Below, one piece after another: positions 18,976 to 28,587 of a stretch of 64,000 nt of DNA. The stretch's first letter is position 1; every line of letters starts with the position of its first letter. The stretch is from NCBI GenBank assembly GCA_024691875.1, contig JAILNG010000119.1, positions 2,100 to 66,099 of the forward strand, written 5' to 3'. The DNA is from Lachnospiraceae bacterium. Lineage in GTDB: Bacteria > Bacillota > Clostridia > Lachnospirales > Lachnospiraceae. The notes below the pieces were generated by a model that worked only from the letters and a program-made list of their open reading frames with translations, was not told where the DNA came from and ran no database searches. The translations under genes were made by a program, and so were the position numbers.

Positions 18976-20852
18976 TATTCTTCCTTTCCCCGGTTTTCAC
19001 TCGGATGGAGAAATTCCCAAATGCTTTCAGCCGCCTTCAGATTCATTGAAGGCAACTCAGCCAGTTTCTCCACATCGGCATTTTTGAGTTCTTCCAAAGA
19101 ATTAAAATGCCTCATGATCTCTATCCTTCTCTTTTGACCCACATTGGGGATGTCGTCCAGGATCGATCTGGTCTGCGCTTTGTTGCGTAAGGTTTTGTGG
19201 TACTCAATGGCAAAACGGTGGGTTTCATCCTGAATCCTGGTGACCAATTTGAAGCCTTCACTGTAAGTGTCAATGGGAACTTCTTCGTCATTGAACCACA
19301 AGCCTCTGGTTCTGTGTCTGTCATCCTTTACCATCCCGCAAACGGGAATGTCGAGTCCGAGACTTCCCACCACTTCCAAAACCGAATTCACCTGTCCTCT
19401 TCCACCGTCGATCAGAAGCAGATCCGGGAATCTTACAAACGAATCCTCGTTTTTTTCCTTGGCCTCTTTAAGTTCGCGCAATCCGTGTTCAAATCGTCTG
19501 CGTAAAACCTCTCTCATGCTTCCGTAGTCGTCCGCACCGATGATCGTTTTGGTTTTAAAACGCCTGTAATCGGATTTTTTCGGTTTACCGCCTTCAAAAA
19601 CCACCATGGAAGCAACGTTTTCAAAGCCCGCAGTGTTTGAAATGTCATACGACTCTATTCTATATAGCTTTTCCAGTTTTAGCAAGTTTTTTATTTCGTT
19701 GAGAGCGCCGCTTGTACGCTTCTCCATGTCCCTGATCCTCTTTTCATCGTTAAAGAGCACCGTGCGGGCGTTGTTTTCTGCCATCTCCGTGAGTTTCAGT
19801 TTCTCACCCTTCTTCGGAGTAAAGATGGTGACCTTGCTTCCTCTGATCTCGGAAAGCCAGCCGGAGATCAATTCCGCGTCTTCGATCTCCTTTGAAATGT
19901 AAATCTCTCTGGGAATGTGCGGAGTTCCTGAGTAGTACTGCTTTATAAAACTCTCCAGGATCTTTTCCCTTGTCTCGTTTTCCACTCCCGTAAGATAGAA
20001 GTGTTCCCTTCCGGTAAGTTTTCCGTTTCTTATAAAGAAGCAGGAGGCAACAGCCGTGTCATCCTTGTTGACAACAGCTACGATGTCTCTGTCATTGTCA
20101 TCGCATTCATCCGCTTTCTGAGCCTGATCCAGTCTTTTGACGCTGTTGATCAGATCTCTCATTTCCGCCGCTCTTTCAAATTCCAGGTTTTCCGAATACA
20201 TAAGCATACGATTGCTGAGCGCGTCCGTAACTGCTTCATGATGCCCTCTCAAAAACGAAAGACATCTTTCCACACCTTTCTTGTATTCTTCCCTTTTAAC
20301 GTCTCCCATGCATGGTGCGGGGCACTGTCCCATGGAATGGTAGAGACAGGGTCTCTCACAGACTTTTTCGCCTTCCTCTATTCTTTTGGAGCAGTTTCTG
20401 ATCCCGCAGGTTTTCCGTAAAAGATCTATGGTTCTGTGAACGGAATCTGCGGAAGTGTATGGTCCGAAGTACTCCGCATTGTCCTTCTTTCTTTCCCTTG
20501 CCATGAAGATCCTCGGAAAATCTTCGCCCGTTGTCACCTTGATGTAAGGATAATGCTTGTCATCCTTGAGCATGGTGTTGTATTTAGGCCGATGTTCTTT
20601 GATCAGGTTGCATTCCAAAACGAGTGCCTCCATCTCCGAATCGACAACAATGTATTCGAACCAGGCAATGCAGGAAACCATCTTTCTAACCTTTGCCGTG
20701 TGATTCTTGTTGCTTTGGAAGTATTGACGCACTCGATTTTTGAGCACAACCGCCTTACCGACGTAAATGATCTCATCATCGGCGTTGTGCATTATATAAA
20801 CTCCCGGCTTAGCCGGGAGTTTTTTAAGTTCTTCCTGAATATTAAATTCCAT
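18975..20852 (-). CDS. uvrC: Excinuclease ABC subunit C
   Basis: GIY-YIG N-terminus (KPGVYIM...IYVGKA), a UvrBC-interaction region and a C-terminal HhH. I prefer ATG 20852 (MEFNIQEELKKLP) over the TTG at 20867 used by the track. Confidence 0.92.
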   Translation of the reverse strand: MEFNIQEELKKLPAKPGVYIMHNADDEIIYVGKAVVLKNRVRQYFQSNKNHTAKVRKMVSCIAWFEYIVVDSEMEALVLECNLIKEHRPKYNTMLKDDKHYPYIKVTTGEDFPRIFMARERKKDNAEYFGPYTSADSVHRTIDLLRKTCGIRNCSKRIEEGEKVCERPCLYHSMGQCPAPCMGDVKREEYKKGVERCLSFLRGHHEAVTDALSNRMLMYSENLEFERAAEMRDLINSVKRLDQAQKADECDDNDRDIVAVVNKDDTAVASCFFIRNGKLTGREHFYLTGVENETREKILESFIKQYYSGTPHIPREIYISKEIEDAELISGWLSEIRGSKVTIFTPKKGEKLKLTEMAENNARTVLFNDEKRIRDMEKRTSGALNEIKNLLKLEKLYRIESYDISNTAGFENVASMVVFEGGKPKKSDYRRFKTKTIIGADDYGSMREVLRRRFEHGLRELKEAKEKNEDSFVRFPDLLLIDGGRGQVNSVLEVVGSLGLDIPVCGMVKDDRHRTRGLWFNDEEVPIDTYSEGFKLVTRIQDETHRFAIEYHKTLRNKAQTRSILDDIPNVGQKRRIEIMRHFNSLEELKNADVEKLAELPSMNLKAAESIWEFLHPSENRGKEE

Positions 20853-20870
20853 TTTCACCGATTCCAACGA

Positions 20871-22811
20871 TCAGACTGAAGCGGGGGTGTCGGTTGTTTC
20901 TGTCTTCTCGTCCTTGGTTTCTTCGGGCACTATGCCCTTCATTTCATTATAGATAGCCATGAATTCCTTACCTGTGATGCTCTCTCTTTCGATCAAAACA
21001 CCCGCAATGCGGTCAAGAATATCACGATTCTCATTGATCAGCTGCTTAGCCTTATTGTAGCACTCGGTAATGATCGAACGAACTTCTTTGTCGATCTCGG
21101 TTTCTGTTTCATCGGAACATTGAGAAACGGCCCTTCCGTCAAGGTACTGGTTTTCAACGCTCTCAAGCATTACAAGTCCGAATTTGTCGCTCATTCCGTA
21201 TCTGGTGACCATTGCTCTCGCAATTCCGGTTGCCTGCTCGATGTCGTTTGCAGCGCCTGTGGTAACGGAACCGAATACGATCTCTTCAGCCGCACGTCCT
21301 GCACAGAAGGTGGTGATCCTTGCGATCAGCTCCTCCTTCTTCATAAGATACTTTTCTTCTTCCGGTGCCTGAAGAACGTATCCCAAAGCTCCCTTTGTTC
21401 TGGGAACGATGGTGATCTTCTGAACAGGCTCCGAGTTTTTCTGCAATGCGCTGACAAGAGCATGACCGGTCTCATGGAAGGAAACGATGTTCTTCTCTTC
21501 CTTGCTTAAGATCCTGTCCTTCTTTTCCTTACCTGCGATAACAACTTCAACGGATTCAAAAAGATCCGCCTGTGTAACAAAGTTTCTGCCCTTCTTTACA
21601 GCAAGGATGGCAGCTTCGTTTATCATGTTTGCCAGATCAGAACCAACCGCACCGCTTGTTGCAAGAGCAATTGCTTCAAGATCCACATCATCACCCATGT
21701 TAACATTCTTGGCATGTACTTTAAGTACTTCCACTCTGCCCTTGAGGTCAGGTCTGTCAACAATGATCCTTCTGTCAAAACGTCCGGGACGAAGGAGGGC
21801 CTTATCAAGAACCTCGGGACGGTTGGTGGCTGCAAGGATAACGATACCCTTGGATGTATCAAAGCCGTCCATTTCAGAAAGGAGCTGATTGAGTGTCTGC
21901 TCTCTTTCATCATTTCCGCCGCCGTATCTGGAATCTCTGGATTTACCTATGGCATCAACCTCATCAATGAAGATGATACAGGGCGCCATGCTCTGTGCCT
22001 GTTTGAAAAGGTCTCTCACTCTGGACGCTCCGACACCGACATACATTTCAACGAAATCGGAACCGGAAAGTGAGAAGAAAGGAACCTTTGCTTCTCCCGC
22101 TACAGCCTTTGCAAGAAGAGTTTTACCTGTTCCGGGAGGTCCAACGAGAAGGGCTCCCTTAGGAAGCTTTGCGCCGATAGAAGTGTATTTGCCGGGATCA
22201 TGAAGGAAATCAACCAATTCGGTCAAGCTTTCCTTTGCTTCTTCCTGACCTGCCACATCTTTAAATGTGACGCCCGTTTCTCTTTCAACATAGACCTTGG
22301 CATTGCTTCTTCCGACGTTCATCAAGCCGCCGGAGCTCTTTGAAACCATACGGTACATAAAGAGCATGAACACCAGTATAAGGCCGAACATGATCACAAA
22401 ATCCAGGATCGTTGCGATCAATTCACCTTTTCCGTCATCTATTTTTCTCGAGTAAGACACTCCGGCCGTTTCAAGACGTTCCTGCAATGCATTTCCGTCT
22501 TCAAGGATACCGGTGTATCTTGTCTCTGTGTATTTTTCATACTTCTGTTCCTTGGGAACGATCACCAGTTTTTGGGTTGACGACTGGATCTCTACGGATT
22601 CCACCTCGTCTTTATTCAGCATTTCAATGAATTCATCGTAAGTGATCTCTTTGTTTATGCTGGCATCAAAGTCCTTACTGATCATTCTTCCCCAGATGAT
22701 AATAAACAAAGCTGCTACGATGCAAATGAATATGCCTGCTTTTGTTTGTTTATTATTGTTGTTTTTGTTCTTGTTTTGATTATTGGGGTTTTCTTTTAAG
22801 TTATTGTCCAT
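20871..22811 (-). CDS. ftsH: ATP-dependent zinc metalloprotease FtsH
   Basis: 646 aa with two TM helices, AAA Walker A GPPGTGKT and protease motif HETGHA. Confidence 0.95.
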   Translation of the reverse strand: MDNNLKENPNNQNKNKNNNNKQTKAGIFICIVAALFIIIWGRMISKDFDASINKEITYDEFIEMLNKDEVESVEIQSSTQKLVIVPKEQKYEKYTETRYTGILEDGNALQERLETAGVSYSRKIDDGKGELIATILDFVIMFGLILVFMLFMYRMVSKSSGGLMNVGRSNAKVYVERETGVTFKDVAGQEEAKESLTELVDFLHDPGKYTSIGAKLPKGALLVGPPGTGKTLLAKAVAGEAKVPFFSLSGSDFVEMYVGVGASRVRDLFKQAQSMAPCIIFIDEVDAIGKSRDSRYGGGNDEREQTLNQLLSEMDGFDTSKGIVILAATNRPEVLDKALLRPGRFDRRIIVDRPDLKGRVEVLKVHAKNVNMGDDVDLEAIALATSGAVGSDLANMINEAAILAVKKGRNFVTQADLFESVEVVIAGKEKKDRILSKEEKNIVSFHETGHALVSALQKNSEPVQKITIVPRTKGALGYVLQAPEEEKYLMKKEELIARITTFCAGRAAEEIVFGSVTTGAANDIEQATGIARAMVTRYGMSDKFGLVMLESVENQYLDGRAVSQCSDETETEIDKEVRSIITECYNKAKQLINENRDILDRIAGVLIERESITGKEFMAIYNEMKGIVPEETKDEKTETTDTPASV

Positions 22812-22923
22812 CTGTCCTCCGGCGGTTTGAGCCGCGCCTCATTTCCTCAATGTGTACGATTTTATCATTGTACACTTTTTATGTCAATTTTTTGTGTATA
22901 GCCCCTAAAGAAAGAATAAACTT

Positions 22924-23835
22924 TTATTCAGCCTTGTAATCGGCTCTTATAAAGCTTTCGGCATCAATTGATGCTTGGTAGTAACGATCGGCCCTGTCTT
23001 TCTGCCCCTTTGCCTCAAAGATCCGTCCCAAAACGAAATCCAGCTCGGCAGGCCTTACCTCAAAGCCGTCAAACTCATCCGCAAAGCGTTCAACCTCATC
23101 AAAGTATCCCGTTTCAAGCCACGTTCTCGCAACAACACACATCGCTTCAAGAGACTCGAAAGTGTCACTGCCGTTGATCCTGTTCTTAAAGAAAGGCTCC
23201 GCAATTTCAAAGTCTTCCTTTTTACCGTTAAAGAAAAGCTCCTTTGCATACATGGACCAGAGCCTGTCCGACATGTCTCCTTTTTCTCTCAACACTCTTT
23301 GAAAAGCTTCAAAATCGCGCCCCGAATGGTTTTCCTCAGGGCAATGAAGAATCTCGACATCCGAATCAAAGACAACCGGATCTGTTCTTACGGTCTCATG
23401 GATCGGATCTATCCATGTGAAAGTTCTTAATCTTTTAAAGAGCTTAGGTCTTCTCTCCCTGAGATCGTTGTAAGCCATGTTGATGTCCTTCGGGTTAACG
23501 TAAACCATGGTTACTATCTCCACCTCGGGTATCATGCACTGCTTGAGCACCGTAAATCTTTTGATATTCCCCATGTCCAGGACTTCATCCGCATCCGCAG
23601 AGTAAATGTAATCGCCGGTTGCTTTTGAAAACACAAAGTTTCGGGCCGCAGAAAAGTCATTGATCCATTCAAAATCATAGATCTTATCCGTGTAACGGGC
23701 TGCGATCTCTTTTGTTCTGTCCGTGGAACCCGTATCCGCGATGATGATCTCATCCGCAATACTTTTAAGACTGTCCAGGCATCTTGCAAGTGTCTTTTCT
23801 TCATTTTTTACGATCATGCAAACGCTGATTGTCAT
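22924..23835 (-). CDS. Family 2 glycosyltransferase with a C-terminal TPR-like region
   Basis: 303 aa. The GT-A signature is ISVCMIVKNEE...DTGSTD...DADE. Confidence 0.75.
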   Translation of the reverse strand: MTISVCMIVKNEEKTLARCLDSLKSIADEIIIADTGSTDRTKEIAARYTDKIYDFEWINDFSAARNFVFSKATGDYIYSADADEVLDMGNIKRFTVLKQCMIPEVEIVTMVYVNPKDINMAYNDLRERRPKLFKRLRTFTWIDPIHETVRTDPVVFDSDVEILHCPEENHSGRDFEAFQRVLREKGDMSDRLWSMYAKELFFNGKKEDFEIAEPFFKNRINGSDTFESLEAMCVVARTWLETGYFDEVERFADEFDGFEVRPAELDFVLGRIFEAKGQKDRADRYYQASIDAESFIRADYKAE

Positions 23836-23853
23836 TTTTCTCTCTTTGTCCCT

Positions 23854-24441
23854 TCATCCTTCGATGATCTTTTTCATGGCTCTCAATGCTTTTCCTCTGT
23901 GGCTCACCGCATTCTTTTCATCGGGAGTCATCTCGGCCGCATTCTTGTTAAACTCAGGAACAAAGAAGATGGGATCGTATCCGAATCCACCGTCACCCTT
24001 TTGTTCATGAGCTATTCTGCCCTCGAAATACTCGGTAATGACCTCTTCCCTTCCATCGGGCCAGACAGCCGCTACGGCACAGGCATATCTTGCCGTTCTC
24101 TTATCTTCCGGAACATCCTTGAGCTTATCCAGAATGTAATTGTTCTTGTAATCATAATCCGTGTCATGTCCTAAGAAGCGCGCGGAGTATATGCCCGGCT
24201 GCTTGTCCATGGCATCGATCTCAAGCCCCGAATCATCGGCCAGTGTGAGACATCCGGAAGCCTGTGCAATGGCTCTTGCCTTGATCAGTGCGTTTTCGGC
24301 AAAAGTGGTTCCATTCTCTTCTATATCAATGTCAAAACCCGCTTCCTTCATTGAAACCACCTCGTATCCGGTGTTACACATGATCTCACGGATTTCACGC
24401 ATCTTATCCTTGTTCCCTGTTGCAAAGATCAGTCTTGTCAT
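23854..24441 (-). CDS. rdgB: XTP/dITP diphosphatase (Ham1/RdgB family)
   Basis: Motifs FATGNKDK and GGFGYDPIF. The start is set to ATG 24441 (MTRLIFATGN), preceded by GGGGA. Confidence 0.88.
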   Translation of the reverse strand: MTRLIFATGNKDKMREIREIMCNTGYEVVSMKEAGFDIDIEENGTTFAENALIKARAIAQASGCLTLADDSGLEIDAMDKQPGIYSARFLGHDTDYDYKNNYILDKLKDVPEDKRTARYACAVAAVWPDGREEVITEYFEGRIAHEQKGDGGFGYDPIFFVPEFNKNAAEMTPDEKNAVSHRGKALRAMKKIIEG

Positions 24442-24541
24442 TTTGTTTCCCCTTATAAATAATGTGCTATTCATAATATCTCGCACCCTGTCCCAAAAGT
24501 CAACCTTGACTTTTAACTCTTTTGCATATAGAATCGCAAAT

Positions 24542-25699
24542 ATGGAAAAATTTGAATTTATTTGCCCCTGCCATTTCGGTATGGAGGCCGTATTAAAAAA
24601 AGAAATATTGGATCTGGGTTACGAGATCGTGTCCGTTGAAGACGGTAAGATCACTTTTTCGGGTGACGTTACCGCTTTTGCCCGTGCAAACATCTTCCTT
24701 CGTACCGCTGAAAGAGTTCTGTGGAAAGTGGGAAGCTTTAAAGCCGAAACCTTTGAAGACCTGTTTCAGGGCACAAAGGCCATAGCCTGGGAAGAGATCC
24801 TGCCCAAGGACGCAAAATTCTGGGTTACAAAAGCCAACTCCGTAAAAAGCAAGCTCTTCTCTCCCTCCGACATCCAGTCTATCATGAAAAAAGCAATGGT
24901 TGAGCGCATGAAGCAGCATTACGGTCTGTCTCGTTTCGAAGAAACAGGCGCCGCTTACCCTCTTCGTGTTTCCATAATGAAGGACATCGTGACGGTCGGT
25001 ATCGACACCTCCGGTGAATCACTTCATAAGAGAGGCTATCGTAAAATGATCGTAAAGGCTCCCATAGAGGAAACTCTTGCCGCTGCTCTCATCATGCTGA
25101 CTCCCTGGAACAAGGACAGAGTTCTGGTGGATCCTTTCTGCGGGAGCGGAACCATCCCCATTGAAGCTGCCATGATCGGAGCAAACATCGCTCCCGGAAT
25201 GAACAGAGAGTTTCAGGCTGAGGACTGGACCAATATCATTCCCAAGAAATGCTGGTACGCCGCTGTTGAAGAAGCAAATTCCAAGATCCTTACGGATGTC
25301 GAAATGAACATCCAGGGCTATGACATAGACAACGAAGCCATCAAAGCCGCACGTCAAAACGCCATCGATGCGGGAGTTGACAAATACATCCACTTCCAGA
25401 CCCGTGATGTGCGTGAGCTTAACAATCCCAAAAAGTACGGTTTCATCATCACAAACCCGCCCTACGGCGAGCGTTTGGAAGAAAAAAAAGACATGCCCCC
25501 GCTGTATGAAGCCATAGGGCAGGCATATGCACGGCTGGACAGCTGGTCCATGTTCATGATCACAAGCTTTGAGGATGCGGTTAAATACATCGGAAAGCAG
25601 CCTGACAAAAACAGAAAACTCTATAACGGAATGCTTAAAACCTACTTCTATTCTTTCATGGGGCCGAAACCTCCGAAAAAGCCCAGAAACGAACAATAA
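24542..25699 (+). CDS. THUMP-domain class I SAM-dependent RNA methyltransferase (RlmL/YpsC-like)
   Basis: Start reset to ATG 24542 (MEKFEFICPCHFGME). The upstream part of the ORF-track frame is antisense to rdgB. SAM motif I is DPFCGSGTI and motif IV is NPPYG. Confidence 0.85.
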   Translation: MEKFEFICPCHFGMEAVLKKEILDLGYEIVSVEDGKITFSGDVTAFARANIFLRTAERVLWKVGSFKAETFEDLFQGTKAIAWEEILPKDAKFWVTKANSVKSKLFSPSDIQSIMKKAMVERMKQHYGLSRFEETGAAYPLRVSIMKDIVTVGIDTSGESLHKRGYRKMIVKAPIEETLAAALIMLTPWNKDRVLVDPFCGSGTIPIEAAMIGANIAPGMNREFQAEDWTNIIPKKCWYAAVEEANSKILTDVEMNIQGYDIDNEAIKAARQNAIDAGVDKYIHFQTRDVRELNNPKKYGFIITNPPYGERLEEKKDMPPLYEAIGQAYARLDSWSMFMITSFEDAVKYIGKQPDKNRKLYNGMLKTYFYSFMGPKPPKKPRNEQ

Positions 25700-25704
25700 A
25701 AATT

Positions 25705-25736
25705 AACCCGACATCAAAGTGTCGGGTTGTTTTTTA
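25705..25736. terminator. Bidirectional terminator between the convergent methyltransferase and hydrolase genes
   Basis: AACCCGAC-atcaaagt-GTCGGGTT has an A-run on one side and TTTTTT on the other. Confidence 0.8.
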
Positions 25737-26657
25737 TTATGCTTCCATATGCTTTCCGAAGAAGTCTATGAAATCCTTGTAAACCGTTTCTTTGTCCGTC
25801 TCATTCAAGAGTTCGTGACGATCTCCCGGATAAAGCTTCATGCTTACGTTGGTGAACCCCAATTCATCGTACTTTTCAAAGAGAGCTCTAATACCGACGC
25901 CGAAATCTCCGACAGGATCGTCTTCTCCGCTGGCAATTAAGATGGGAAGATCATGTCTGGTCTTTTCCATTCCCCACTTTGCATTTCCGGTGATCGTAAC
26001 AAGATCACGATAGAAGGATGCACTGCAGATGAATCCGCAAGCGGGATCCGCTCTGTAGGCATCAACGATCTTTTCGTCCTTGGTGAGCCAATCACTCTTG
26101 GTCCTCTTGCAGTCACGCAGATAAACCTTTGTTTCAAACATCAGCTTATTCAAAAAAGGAGATTTGTGCCTTGGTCCGCAGAATGTCGAAACAAGGTTTC
26201 CCATAAAGATGCCGCCTCTGCACATGGAATCGGGCTGGAAGCCTGTACCGCAGAAAAGAGCGCAATCCATTTGATCGAACTGCTGGATGACATTTCTTCC
26301 TATCAAAGAACCCATGCTGTGTCCGAAAAGAGCACACTTTTTGCTCCTTTTGTTCCCGTAAACGTACTTCATTGCCTCAACCGCATCGGTAACAACCAGT
26401 CTTGCTCCTTCCTTCTTGGCAAAGAAGCCCCAATCCTTTGGATCGAGATCTTTCCCGTGACCTCTGTGGTTGTAGATGTAGGCATCAAAGCCTGCCTCAT
26501 TCAAAACACGTATAAAATCCAAGTATCTTTCATAGTGCTCTGCCATTCCGTGGAGAAGAAGCACGCTACCTCTTACCGAAGCAGAGTCGGTCTCATACAC
26601 AAAAAGCTTGATCTTGTAATCTTCAGCCCCAATGATCTCTACAGTTTTTTGTCCCAT
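25737..26657 (-). CDS. Alpha/beta hydrolase (lysophospholipase / monoacylglycerol-lipase-like)
   Basis: 306 aa with nucleophile elbow GHSMGS, an HGMAEH oxyanion region and a C-terminal DRHE. Confidence 0.8.
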   Translation of the reverse strand: MGQKTVEIIGAEDYKIKLFVYETDSASVRGSVLLLHGMAEHYERYLDFIRVLNEAGFDAYIYNHRGHGKDLDPKDWGFFAKKEGARLVVTDAVEAMKYVYGNKRSKKCALFGHSMGSLIGRNVIQQFDQMDCALFCGTGFQPDSMCRGGIFMGNLVSTFCGPRHKSPFLNKLMFETKVYLRDCKRTKSDWLTKDEKIVDAYRADPACGFICSASFYRDLVTITGNAKWGMEKTRHDLPILIASGEDDPVGDFGVGIRALFEKYDELGFTNVSMKLYPGDRHELLNETDKETVYKDFIDFFGKHMEA

Positions 26658-26741
26658 AATTATCCTCCGATAATGTAATTATGAATTGTTGGCGAGTCAC
26701 CCCATAACCCACGGAACTTTTCACTGCTTATAGTTTAACAT

Positions 26742-26767
26742 AAAAAAAAGAACAGTCAATGCTGTTC
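26742..26767 (-). terminator. Terminator after the stand-alone REC gene
   Basis: On the minus strand, GAACAG-cattga-CTGTTC is followed by TTTTTTTT. Confidence 0.6.
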
Positions 26768-26773
26768 CGTTTT

Positions 26774-27118
26774 TTATGCCTCTATTGTGTGCCTGATCGA
26801 CTCCTGAGTAACAGGCTTAACGAGATAATCGTTAACGTGAAATTTCCATGCATCTATAGCATAATCAACTCCGTCCGACATAAGATTTATGCGGATGTTT
26901 TTATTTCTGTTTCTCAATTTTTCCGCAAGTGCAAACCCGGATGTGGATTTCATTTCAACGTCCGCAAAACAAACATCAACCTGCTTGGTGGAAGCATAGT
27001 CCATTGCGCGAACGGGATTGTCAAATCCTATGACATCATCCTCCGGGAAGACTGCAGCCACACAGCTGATAAGATTTTTAAGTTCTTTTTTATTGTTCTG
27101 TACCAGCATTATGACCAA
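26774..27118 (-). CDS. Stand-alone receiver (REC) domain protein with a degenerate acidic pocket
   Basis: 114 aa. The TTG start at 27118 has a GAGGGTGA RBS. The phospho-acceptor-like Asp (FADVEM) and Lys (YLVKP) are present, but the N-terminal DD pair is replaced by NN (LVQNNKK). Confidence 0.65.
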   Translation of the reverse strand: MVIMLVQNNKKELKNLISCVAAVFPEDDVIGFDNPVRAMDYASTKQVDVCFADVEMKSTSGFALAEKLRNRNKNIRINLMSDGVDYAIDAWKFHVNDYLVKPVTQESIRHTIEA

Positions 27119-27324
27119 AGTGTATCACCCTCTTTACTGTAAATAAATTCCAATGCAATTAGTCTGCCCCCCGCCTATTAACAAAGGAATTATAACTTTG
27201 CCAGTACAACAAAAGTACATCATCTTATCGGTATTTTTAAATATAAACGGCGTATAAAATGTATACTTTTTATGAACAAGATCGTTAAATTTATTTCTAT
27301 CCCCTTGAATATAGCGAAAGAATT

Positions 27325-27360
27325 TAAAAAACAAACAACAGGGCACCTTTCAGCGCCCTG
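27325..27360 (-). terminator. Terminator after the SARP-type response regulator gene
   Basis: On the minus strand, CAGGGCGC-tgaaag-GTGCCCTG is followed by TTGTTTGTTTTTT. Confidence 0.7.
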
Positions 27361-27383
27361 GATAATTCTGTAAACAGTATCAA

Positions 27384-28205
27384 CTACCTGTGAGCTTTTT
27401 CCATTAGATCTGCATTTGTCATTTCGGCCCAACTGTACTGAGCCATGTACTCGCCTCTGTAGGAATTGATGGCAATGGCATCTCCTTTGTAAAAATCGTA
27501 AACATCACATTTGATCTTGGAAGTGTCCGCAGCAATGTGATTCCATGTCTTTACGATTATATTTCCGATTCCAAGTTCCTTGAGAGTTTTTTTCATACTT
27601 GAGATTATCGTATGAGCCTGATTGAGCGTTGTCTTGTCGCTGGGTCTGTCTTCCCACAGGATGCTGACTATCTCACCCGTTGTAATGGCAGCACCGTTCC
27701 TGTCGATCAGATAGGCAAAAAGTTCCTTTGCCTTTTCCCTCTGGAAAGAGACCTGATGGTTGTCGACAAAAAGCTCAAAATTACCGAAAGTCTGAACGCG
27801 AATATCCTTAGGAAGTTCATTTTCGGAATTTCTCCAATCAATGTTTAATGCATCCAAAGTCTCAATAATGTGCTTTGCTTCAACCGGTTTGAGAAGATAG
27901 CCGACAGCGTGCATTCTGAACGCATCATAGGCATATTCACTGTAAGCGGTACAAAAAATAATCTTCGTCTCGTGATGAATGTCCTTGAGTTTCTTTGCCA
28001 ACTCAATTCCGGTCATCCCACGAAGATTAATGTCAAGAAAAGCATAATCTAACTTTTCATCATGAGCCGCAAGATCGTTGGCATAGTCAATTGCTTCATT
28101 TCCTCCTTCAAAACCGACAATTTCGTCGTTTTCAAAGACCTTACGCAATTCAACTTTCATGTCATCGAGAATCAAGCGCTCGTCATCAACCGCCAAGATG
28201 TTCAT
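27384..28205 (-). CDS. Response regulator, REC plus SARP-type winged-helix/BTAD-like output (COG3947-like)
   Basis: 273 aa with canonical REC motifs (ILAVDDE, FLDINL, YLLKPV). The winged helix begins IRVQTFGNFELFVDNHQVSF. Confidence 0.8.
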   Translation of the reverse strand: MNILAVDDERLILDDMKVELRKVFENDEIVGFEGGNEAIDYANDLAAHDEKLDYAFLDINLRGMTGIELAKKLKDIHHETKIIFCTAYSEYAYDAFRMHAVGYLLKPVEAKHIIETLDALNIDWRNSENELPKDIRVQTFGNFELFVDNHQVSFQREKAKELFAYLIDRNGAAITTGEIVSILWEDRPSDKTTLNQAHTIISSMKKTLKELGIGNIIVKTWNHIAADTSKIKCDVYDFYKGDAIAINSYRGEYMAQYSWAEMTNADLMEKAHR

Positions 28206-28397
28206 ATTCCACTCCTTAACCCAAACATTGAAGGAATTATAGCATTAAAAAATGCTTGATACAACTGATTTTAGAATAATTTTATGAAAAAGTGCGATAA
28301 TTGTTACCGTTGACTCAAATGTCCGATTTCTATCCTTGTATCAAATGATTTTTTGTAGTATTATTTGAATACTTCAAAAGAAAAAAAAGGAGTTTTT

Positions 28398-28574
28398 ATG
28401 TCAAGTCAATGCGATATGTGCGCTAATTATGCATACGATGAAGAATTCGAAGAATACTACTGTGTCATCGACCTGGATGAGGATGAGTACTACCGTTACA
28501 TCTCGGATCACAGTGCTTCATGCCCTTACTTTAAGAACGGGGATGAATACGCAGTCGTAAAACATCAGATGTGA
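28398..28574 (+). CDS. Small acidic Cys-containing protein (DUF6472-like by recollection)
   Basis: 58 aa with an AAGGAG RBS 7 nt upstream. It contains CDMC...YYC...CPYF. Confidence 0.6.
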   Translation: MSSQCDMCANYAYDEEFEEYYCVIDLDEDEYYRYISDHSASCPYFKNGDEYAVVKHQM

Positions 28575-28587
28575 TTGTCGGATCCGA

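Noticed and set aside
27119-27383. 265-bp AT-rich spacer between the two response regulator genes, examined for small ORFs, riboswitch-like structure and repeats.
   Set aside because: I could see only a terminator hairpin (27325-27360) and generic AT-rich, promoter-like sequence. There are no repeats or conserved-looking structure.
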